Shown: positions 57,338 to 64,000 of the stretch, in pieces
How positions within the stretch are numbered: the stretch's first letter is position 1
How the letters are laid out: each line of letters begins with the position of its first letter
Assembly: GCA_025963715.1 (NCBI GenBank)
Contig: JAOQAG010000008.1
Span: 23,907 to 87,906 of the forward strand
Length of the DNA stretch: 64,000 nucleotides
Direction: 5' to 3'
From: Bacteroidota bacterium
GTDB lineage: Bacteria > Bacteroidota > Bacteroidia > 2-12-FULL-35-15
Notes under the pieces: generated by a model
What the model saw: only the letters and a program-made list of their open reading frames with translations
Database searches by the model: none
Told to the model about the DNA's origin: nothing
Made by a program: the position numbers and the translations under genes

Positions 57338-57480
57338 CAGCAAAACATAATTTTTCAATCTAAATAATAACTTAATATCTTCTAATAAAAGGTTCGTATT
57401 TTCGCTGGGAGAGACCGCCACAAAAGCAGAAAGCCTCAACCTACCGGTTGGGGCTTTCACTTTTGTGGCCTGGAGCGAAC
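57338..57480 (+). repeat. ~80-bp direct-repeat element DR80 copy 1 followed by a long imperfect hairpin
   Basis: cagcaaaacataatttttcaatctaaataataacttaatatcttctaataaaaggttcgtattttcgctggga then gccacaaaag...cttttgtggc hairpin. Confidence 0.75.
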
Positions 57481-57589
57481 GACGAATGAGGCCTGCTGCA
57501 GAAAACTTAATAATATGCTTCGATTTTTTGCAGGCAGACACTCCACTTGACTAAAAATTAAGTATTTTAGTAAATAAAAATTCTGGAAA

Positions 57590-58549
57590 ATGCGTATACG
57601 ATTTATAATTTTGTCTTTGACAATTGGGATTATTTTTACATCCCATGCACAAAATCTGGTGCCAAATCCTTCTTTTGAGATTTCTACACAATGTCCTTAT
57701 AATCCCTCCCAGGTTTCTTTTGCCCTACCGTGGACAGATCCCAACAATGGCAGTTCTGATTATTTTAATGCTTGTGGTACTGGTGGACTAGGAGTACCAA
57801 TGAATTTTATAGGTAATCAACTTGCAAGAACAGGCAATGCTTATATGGGATTGTCTGTTTATTATAATGATATTGAGAATTGGAGGGAATATATTCAGGT
57901 AAAACTAAATTCCACGTTAGAATATCATAAAAATTATGCTGTCGAATTCTATGTAAGTTTAGCAGACACTGTATATACTGCTGCAAATGTTTCTTTGTAT
58001 TTCTCAGATACTGCGATTTCAGAAACAGCTACCAATATTTTAAATGTAAGTCCTCAAATAGTTAACGACATGATAACTAATCCTTTAACAGATAAGGCAG
58101 GATGGACAAAAATTTACGGAATGTATACTGCAAACGGAAGTGAGAACTATATTACTATTGGAAATTTTTCAGACGATGCTAATACAGATACTATTATGGT
58201 AGGTACTACTGAGTCTATTGGTGCTTATTATTATTTAGACGATGTTAGTGTGGTTTGCATGGATTGCGATGCAACAGGTATTGATGAAGCAAGCAACCCT
58301 TACAATTTAAATATCTATCCTAATCCTGCTCAAAATACAGTTCACATGACTTACACATTACCGAAATATGAAAATGTTGGTATAAAGCTCTATGATTATT
58401 TGGGTAAATCAGTAGCAATCCAATCTCTTTCTATAAGTGAAGGTGAAATATCTTTTAATACAACAAATTTACCAAACGGAGTATATTTTTGTTCTCTTAC
58501 TTTGGATAACGCTATTATTTCATCACAAAGAGTTATTATTTCAAAATAA
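57590..58549 (+). CDS. T9SS type-A C-terminal sorting domain protein (paralogue of 58739..59704)
   Basis: Signal peptide; NLVPNPSFE N-terminal block; C-terminal NIYPNPAQNTVHMTY...GVYFCSLTLDN. Confidence 0.75.
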   Translation: MRIRFIILSLTIGIIFTSHAQNLVPNPSFEISTQCPYNPSQVSFALPWTDPNNGSSDYFNACGTGGLGVPMNFIGNQLARTGNAYMGLSVYYNDIENWREYIQVKLNSTLEYHKNYAVEFYVSLADTVYTAANVSLYFSDTAISETATNILNVSPQIVNDMITNPLTDKAGWTKIYGMYTANGSENYITIGNFSDDANTDTIMVGTTESIGAYYYLDDVSVVCMDCDATGIDEASNPYNLNIYPNPAQNTVHMTYTLPKYENVGIKLYDYLGKSVAIQSLSISEGEISFNTTNLPNGVYFCSLTLDNAIISSQRVIISK

Positions 58550-58611
58550 CTCTGTTCATTAAATTACAACTCTTTAATGACACGATAAATAAGAGGCACT
58601 AATTAACACTT

Positions 58612-58692
58612 CAGCAAAACATAATTTTTTAATTTCAATAATAACTTAATATCTTCAATTAAAAAGGTTCGAACTTTCGCTGGGTGACTCCA
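58612..58692 (+). repeat. DR80 copy 2
   Basis: cagcaaaacataattttttaatttcaataataacttaatatcttcaattaaaaaggttcgaactttcgctgggtga. Confidence 0.75.
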
Positions 58693-58727
58693 TAAAAAAA
58701 GCCCAGGAATTGGGCTTTTTTTATGGA
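58689..58727. terminator. Bidirectional terminator between convergent T9SS-cargo genes (ctccataaaaaaagccc agg aatt gggctttttttatggag)
   Basis: 17-bp interrupted stem with internal A/T runs serving either direction. Confidence 0.7.
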
Positions 58728-58738
58728 GTAAATTAAAC

Positions 58739-59704
58739 CTATTGAACAACTATTTTTTCAGTTGTTGTTTTTTCGCCATCATTAAATTTCACAAAATAAA
58801 TTCCTTTTGGGGATTGTGAAATGTTAATGTTAAAAGTGGATTTATTTTTATTCGTTTCCGAATAAATCAGCTCCCCTACTACGTTATAAACTTCAACAGT
58901 TTGTGTTTTATTACCATTCGTTTGATGTGCGACGGAAAAATTTCCATTTGACGGGTTTGGGAAAATTTCAATCCCATTTTCTTCACCCAATCCTTCTTCA
59001 ATACCTGTTGGCAATGTAACAGTAACATCATCGATCCATAGTATACTGTGGGCTTTCGGACTCATATCCAATGATGCAGCGCTATACAATACATACAAAG
59101 TATCCGGTGTCAATGAGCTGATATAGGTAAAATTTATTGTTGCCTGCTGCCATCCGGAGGTCGCTACATTTGTTTTGAAAACACCGCCAGCAACAAGTGT
59201 TCCATTGCTTAGCAAAGCAACACGACACTCAGCAGTATCATTTCCATTTGGATTGTATTGATACCAGAATTTGTATTGGTCCAATTTTATTGCGCAAGGA
59301 ATACCCGGTGCGTAAGAAGCAGGGGAAACATTTACATTTCCGTTAAACAAGATCCCCAGCGTGTCATTATAAGGATGTCCAATGAATGGAGTACCATAGC
59401 CATTATAATAATTCCATGAAGTTGGCGTATACACTTTTGATTCGATCCGGGCAGCATACGTTCCGGAATGGACCGTATCCGTAACACGTGTAACTGAGAT
59501 TGGGCTGCTTCCTAAAAAAGGGCTGTTGTACACATTAAAATCCCACCAGCCGGTTGAGCCATTTCCGGTATTCGGGTTCATTGCACTTGGAACAACTGCA
59601 TCAGCCGACCAGGTTTCAAATCCCGGGTTAATTATTTGTGCCTGTGCAAAATGTGTTGAAAGGAAGAGTGAACAGGATACTAAAAGGAGTAATTTTTTTT
59701 TCAT
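58739..59704 (-). CDS. T9SS type-A C-terminal sorting domain protein
   Basis: Signal peptide MKKKLLLLVSCSLFLSTHFAQAQ; IINPGFETW block; C-terminal IEIFPNPSNGNFSV...GIYFVKFNDG. Confidence 0.75.
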   Translation of the reverse strand: MKKKLLLLVSCSLFLSTHFAQAQIINPGFETWSADAVVPSAMNPNTGNGSTGWWDFNVYNSPFLGSSPISVTRVTDTVHSGTYAARIESKVYTPTSWNYYNGYGTPFIGHPYNDTLGILFNGNVNVSPASYAPGIPCAIKLDQYKFWYQYNPNGNDTAECRVALLSNGTLVAGGVFKTNVATSGWQQATINFTYISSLTPDTLYVLYSAASLDMSPKAHSILWIDDVTVTLPTGIEEGLGEENGIEIFPNPSNGNFSVAHQTNGNKTQTVEVYNVVGELIYSETNKNKSTFNINISQSPKGIYFVKFNDGEKTTTEKIVVQ

Positions 59705-59788
59705 TTTTTTTATCTTTAAGTTTATTTTTATAAAGATAACAAACTTTCACCGGGCAGCAGCGCCTATGATTATTTTGATCAATATCAT

Positions 59789-59827
59789 GTAATAAATAAA
59801 ACCTGTAAACGCTCCGTTAAGAAGCGT
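59789..59827 (-). terminator. Rho-independent terminator after 59858..60517 (aaacctgtaaacgc ttcttaacgga gcgtttacaggttt + ttttattt on minus strand)
   Basis: 14-bp perfect stem. Confidence 0.7.
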
Positions 59828-59857
59828 TTACAGGTTTGAATTTTGAATGTAAATAAT

Positions 59858-60517
59858 TTATTCAATATCCATTACCAAAGCAACTGCAAAGGCATACACC
59901 AGCGCCTGAGTGGTAGGCTGAACAGAAACATCAAATACTCCGTATGAAACAACCCAATAAAGCGTTTGGCTATTTGTTAAGGAATATACACCGTGCGAAA
60001 AACTTGGCCCTCCTGCTTTTTCTACGATCTCATTTGCAATGGTTGTTGCCATGTTATTGATCACCTGCGTGGTGCTGGGGATTTGCCAGGTATCAAAATT
60101 CTGCTGTATTTGGGTAGTCAGCTGAGGCAACCCCTGCAACGCATCGTTACAATAATTTTGAACTAATCCACTGTCACTATTAATAGTTAAATCATCGTCA
60201 TCACCTTCCAGGTCTTTAAAAATTTTTGTGAAATTAGATGTGGCTGATTTTGCCATTGCCGCCCTTGCGTCAGTGATGGTCTTGCCAATATTTTCCTGAT
60301 CATAATTAACCATTCTTCCGCTACTTTTAAGTGCGTGATAATGTGCCTGCGGATAACCTGCAACATGTAAACCGGCAGGCGGTGACATTTGGTTAGAAAT
60401 AGTGGTTACCATTCCTTCAAGCTGAGCTGCTGTTTTCGCTACATCAGTAACAGCACTGGAGATTTGACTAACTACGTCGTCAACTGTGCCACCAATGGCA
60501 CTTACAATTTTTCCCAT
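59858..60517 (-). CDS. Hypothetical helical protein without signal peptide, hydrophobic C-terminal segment (toxin-like? unknown)
   Basis: MGKIVSAIGGTVDDVVSQISSAVTDVAKTAAQLEG... and C-terminal LYWVVSYGVFDVSVQPTTQALVYAFAVALVM; no family recognised. Confidence 0.45.
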   Translation of the reverse strand: MGKIVSAIGGTVDDVVSQISSAVTDVAKTAAQLEGMVTTISNQMSPPAGLHVAGYPQAHYHALKSSGRMVNYDQENIGKTITDARAAMAKSATSNFTKIFKDLEGDDDDLTINSDSGLVQNYCNDALQGLPQLTTQIQQNFDTWQIPSTTQVINNMATTIANEIVEKAGGPSFSHGVYSLTNSQTLYWVVSYGVFDVSVQPTTQALVYAFAVALVMDIE

Positions 60518-60812
60518 GATATTTAATTTTTATTTTTTGTCCTTACTCTTTTTAAGGCTTTTCGGGTTACGCCTTTATCATTATTTTGAAGCTTCGGTAA
60601 TGATGCAACAAATGAACAGCGAATTAATTATCCCAAACAGCGCAAAAACACCCTATTATAAATTCAGGTGTTTATACCTGCCTCTCCGCTAAATGGCCGT
60701 AGAATGGGAAATCTGGCCTTTCATCCAATTAAAATAAAGAGAAGAATGATATTACACAGACAAATTATTACATTTGAATTACTGTATTTACATACATCTT
60801 AAATCCAACCAC

Positions 60813-61229
60813 ATGAAACATAAAACAACTTCAGTTAAATTAATCATCATCGCAACTTTTTTAATTTTAATTGTAAACGCCTGCAAAACAAACGAACCAA
60901 CGATTGTTGGAGTATGGAAACCAAGCTCACTTATTTTACCGGAAGGGTTAAAAAAGGATGTAAACAGTGTACAATTTATAAACATGACGTTTGAAAAAAG
61001 CAAGGAAATTTGCTACAAATTTAATGCAGATGGAACGTTTGAATTTGTTTCAGACAAAGACATCCCCGGAATAAAGGGTTCGAAAGGCACTTATAAAATT
61101 GAAGGAAAAACGATGGCTATTGATTATAATAATTCGAAACAGGAAAGCACGATCATTAAATTAACGGATACGGAGATTCAAGTACAATCAAAGGATAGCA
61201 TTATTGTGGTGTACGAAAGAAATAAGTAA
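60813..61229 (+). CDS. Lipocalin-like small lipoprotein
   Basis: MKHKTTSVKLIIIATFLILIVNACKT lipoprotein signal; IVGVWKPS...GTFEF...GTYKIEGKTMAIDY beta-rich pattern. Confidence 0.5.
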   Translation: MKHKTTSVKLIIIATFLILIVNACKTNEPTIVGVWKPSSLILPEGLKKDVNSVQFINMTFEKSKEICYKFNADGTFEFVSDKDIPGIKGSKGTYKIEGKTMAIDYNNSKQESTIIKLTDTEIQVQSKDSIIVVYERNK

Positions 61230-61341
61230 ACTGTATAATTTAATAAACCCTTGACACGCACCTTCATCCTATCTGCAATTTTTATCCTGTCCGTAGAATT
61301 TCAGGAAAAAAATGCATTTGCTTTTTCAAAAAATTAAGTAC

Positions 61342-62055
61342 ATGAAACAAAACACACAACTCTTCTTTGTATTTACAGTGTTTACATTGATCATCGGATG
61401 CAGCAGCTCCGATACGCAAACGGCTGCAGCAGAGTACCAATTAACCGGCAGTGAAAAGAAAATATGTGATTCGATGCAGATCGACAGCACCATCATCCGG
61501 GACATCAGGGCATTTAATACCAATGCAATTGAGCCTTTTCATTATTCGCTTTCAAAAAGTATAGATAGTAACGGCAGGGAAACGGAAATTGACCCCATCC
61601 GTTTAAACGGCTTTGTTTTTAATGAAGAAAATGCGACTTCCTACAATCTCATTTTTTCTTTAAAAGATAATCTCAGAAGAAAAGGATACAGCATTTTTCT
61701 TGTAGAGAATAATTTTAATATCAGGAATGAGCCTGATCACATTGGTGTTTTAAAAACCACTGATAAATACACGGTTTTAAAACAAGTTGCAACAGATGGA
61801 ATTAATTATGGAATTACCAACGATAGCCTGATCAAAATCATTCACGAATTTGACAATAAATATTCGCTGGATTTAATTGGCGCTTCCGGCGACTGGTGTG
61901 AGTTTATTGTACAAAAAGAACCTGCCGACTGGAATGCTTTTGCAAATGAAGTTTATAAGGCTTGTCCGGATGTTGTGGATCAGGGAACCGGCACAGTTGA
62001 AGAGCTGGCAAAAGAGTTGAAAAATACAAAACGATTGTATTTCTGGTGGGATTAA
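61342..62055 (+). CDS. Hypothetical lipoprotein (C-terminus ...DWCEF...LYFWWD; DUF4253-like, tentative)
   Basis: Lipobox LIIGCSS; no enzyme motif. Confidence 0.4.
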   Translation: MKQNTQLFFVFTVFTLIIGCSSSDTQTAAAEYQLTGSEKKICDSMQIDSTIIRDIRAFNTNAIEPFHYSLSKSIDSNGRETEIDPIRLNGFVFNEENATSYNLIFSLKDNLRRKGYSIFLVENNFNIRNEPDHIGVLKTTDKYTVLKQVATDGINYGITNDSLIKIIHEFDNKYSLDLIGASGDWCEFIVQKEPADWNAFANEVYKACPDVVDQGTGTVEELAKELKNTKRLYFWWD

Positions 62056-62076
62056 TAAAAGATTAAATGAGTATCC

Positions 62077-62102
62077 GGCGAAAAAGCCCTCGCAATGACG
62101 CG
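62077..62102. repeat. Half copy (right arm) of palindromic element P92
   Basis: ggcgaaaaagccctcgcaatgacgcg. Confidence 0.7.
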
Positions 62103-62406
62103 TTGATTAAAATTTTTCCCAATAAAATCGCTATAGCTTGGTATAAACTTTCCGATTTCATTAAAGATTAAAACAAAAAGCTACATTTTTCTAATACAGA
62201 ACTGAAGATAACCGGGCTGTAAAATTACCTGAATCGGAATATATCAATTACATCCACGAATATGATTATTGGTCCCCGGCATATTGGCCTTATTAGCAAT
62301 TTTATCTTCTTTCCACCTGATTCTTTTCATTCTGATCTGCAGCCAAACTATTTCCATTTTTTCGATATCTTTATATTGAAAAAATAAATAGCCCAATAAA
62401 AATCGC

Positions 62407-62931
62407 GTGAACAAGCAACAAATCATCGAATCGCTTCAGAGCAAATACCATTCGTTTATTGATTACATCAACAGCCTCAGCACCGGTGAATATGTATACA
62501 GCTATCAGCAAAAATGGACAGCCGGGCAGCAGCTGGAACACATTGTTTTGTGTGTAAAACCCATTGTACAGGTTTTTAGCATGGATGCAGCTGCGATCGA
62601 AAAAAATTTCGGTTCAACCGATAGGATAAGCAGTACCTATGAAGCATTGCTGCAGGAGTATACCGAAAAATTAAAGGAAGGTGGAAAAGCTCCCAGCCGT
62701 TATGTGCCGGAAAGCAGCTTGCCTGATCGGGAAGTTTTGACTGAAACACTGGCAAAATTAATAGCAGAATTAAACTCAAAGATTGAAAATTTCACAGAAC
62801 AGGAACTCAACCGTTTGTGCATCCCACACCCTCTGCTGGGGAATTTAACCTTACGGGAAATGCTGTACAATGTGATCTATCACGTACAGCACCACCAGGA
62901 AATAACCTTCCAAAATTTAAAAAACAAGTAA
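62407..62931 (+). CDS. DinB/YfiT-like family protein (GTG start)
   Basis: WTAGQQLEHIVLCV and NVIYHVQHHQ, the His triad spacing of DinB_2 four-helix-bundle proteins. Confidence 0.55.
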   Translation: MNKQQIIESLQSKYHSFIDYINSLSTGEYVYSYQQKWTAGQQLEHIVLCVKPIVQVFSMDAAAIEKNFGSTDRISSTYEALLQEYTEKLKEGGKAPSRYVPESSLPDREVLTETLAKLIAELNSKIENFTEQELNRLCIPHPLLGNLTLREMLYNVIYHVQHHQEITFQNLKNK

Positions 62932-62987
62932 TTATTCGGCAATTGATCTAAAAACTTGCTATTTTTAGCATACTCCAATCTGGCCTG

Positions 62988-64000
62988 ATGTTAAACAATT
63001 TCTGGAAAAAAATTATAAACCGCGGTGTTACACCCGACCTTGAGTTCAATGTACGAAACAAGATCCGGATCTTTAATTCGTCCACCTTTGTGATCGGCTC
63101 CACTTATATATTTTATGCACTGATCGGATTTATACGCGGGCACTTTCTTGCCGGTGTGCTTACATTTATGGCCTGGGCTATCAGCGCATTTTGCCTCTAC
63201 CTGATGAGTCAGCGTAAATATGTGCTGGCCTATCACATTACTGCGATCCTGGGAACGGTATTTTTGTTTACGTTCTCACTTTTCTATGGAGAAACAAATC
63301 TCACCCATATTTTTTTCTTTTTTGTTCCCGTTGGCGCACTTGTATTGCTGGACGATTTCAAAGCCTGCTTTATTTATTTTATATCAACCGTTATTTGTCT
63401 GCTCACGGTAAAAATACTTTTCCAGTATTATCCGCCCTATTACCCGGTAGAAGCAATCAACAAATACCTGGCGTACCTGAATATTGTAATGACCTGTACA
63501 TTGCTTTACCTGGCCGTACGGATGTTCAAATACGAAAACCTGATCTATTCCAAAGAGATCAGTCAGCAGCGGGATGTGATCGAAGAAAAAAACAAGGACA
63601 TTGTAAGCAGCATTCATTATGCAAAACGCATTCAAAAAGCATTGCTGGCTTCCGATAACCTGCTGCAAAAAAATCTGCCCGAGCATTTTGTTTTGTACAA
63701 GCCAAAAGACATTGTGAGCGGCGATTTTTACTGGGGCGAAATCGTAAATGACACCTTCGTGTTTTGTACTGCAGATTGTACCGGGCATGGCGTTCCGGGC
63801 GCTTTCATGAGTTTGCTCGGGATCAGTTTCCTGAATGAGGCGGTGAAGGAAAAAAAGATCACACGGCCCGATCTTATTTTTAACCAGCTCCGCGAAGACA
63901 TTATAAAAGTGCTGAACCCGGAAGGCACACAGGACGAAGGAAAAGATGGAATGGACGCAGTTTTGTGCCGTTTTGATTTCCGGAATATGACAATGGATTT
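62988..64000 (+). CDS. Membrane-anchored PP2C/SpoIIE-family protein phosphatase (partial, continues beyond window end)
   Basis: Own translation from ATG 62988: six hydrophobic segments then DIVSGDFYWGEI...FCTADCTGHGVPGAFMSLLG, the PPM/SpoIIE metal-binding motifs. Not in ORF track because no stop in window. The track's minus-strand ORFs 62991..63236 and 63384..63788 are antisense to it. Confidence 0.7.
   Translation, partial: MLNNFWKKIINRGVTPDLEFNVRNKIRIFNSSTFVIGSTYIFYALIGFIRGHFLAGVLTFMAWAISAFCLYLMSQRKYVLAYHITAILGTVFLFTFSLFYGETNLTHIFFFFVPVGALVLLDDFKACFIYFISTVICLLTVKILFQYYPPYYPVEAINKYLAYLNIVMTCTLLYLAVRMFKYENLIYSKEISQQRDVIEEKNKDIVSSIHYAKRIQKALLASDNLLQKNLPEHFVLYKPKDIVSGDFYWGEIVNDTFVFCTADCTGHGVPGAFMSLLGISFLNEAVKEKKITRPDLIFNQLREDIIKVLNPEGTQDEGKDGMDAVLCRFDFRNMTMD

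Noticed and set aside
57396-57420. tRNA-like 3' fragment (ggttcgtattttcgctgggagagacc; also 58668-58692)
   Set aside because: Cannot be folded into a T-arm plus acceptor stem (no complementary CC after the putative loop); part of the DR80 repeat.
62991-63788. Minus-strand ORFs 62991..63236 and 63384..63788
   Set aside because: Antisense to the long SpoIIE-like plus-strand ORF that has clear PP2C motifs.

Overview
Chromosomal window from a Bacteroidota genome (Chitinophagaceae/Sphingobacteriia-like). The gldD-gldE-ssb-mutY synteny, the many Por_Secre_tail (T9SS) C-termini and the SprB/PorP pair support this. Gene content: (i) gliding-motility/T9SS genes. These are gldD-gldE next to ssb-mutY, and a 2846-aa SprB-repeat adhesin with a type-B CTD immediately upstream of a PorP/SprF gene. 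There are also at least five type-A T9SS cargo proteins. (ii) Housekeeping genes: ctaA, hup, rng, nfu/mrp, hemW, metG, ldcA, rluB-like, yraN, an S9 peptidase, an Nth-like glycosylase and one tRNA-Arg(CCT). No rRNA, CRISPR array or transposase was seen. The most unusual aspect is the density of small structured intergenic repeats. At least seven unrelated families of palindromic or MITE-like elements fill most spacers. They include a 92-bp near-perfect palindrome and a ~45-nt element that directly abuts the stop codons of four unrelated genes, always in the same transcriptional orientation. Two ~350-450-bp tandem-repeat blocks sit in equivalent positions upstream of mrp and rluB. A tRNA-Arg-derived repeat carrying 30-bp hairpin insertions exactly at the D-loop and T-loop elbows brackets a free-standing GIY-YIG nuclease gene. 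Other oddities: a 60-bp x3 in-frame triplication of the lipoprotein signal-peptide coding region of gldD next to a heptanucleotide microsatellite; an Nth-like glycosylase fused to a histone-H1-like tail; and several TTG/GTG starts. All calls come from reading the sequence and ORF translations. No database searches were run.
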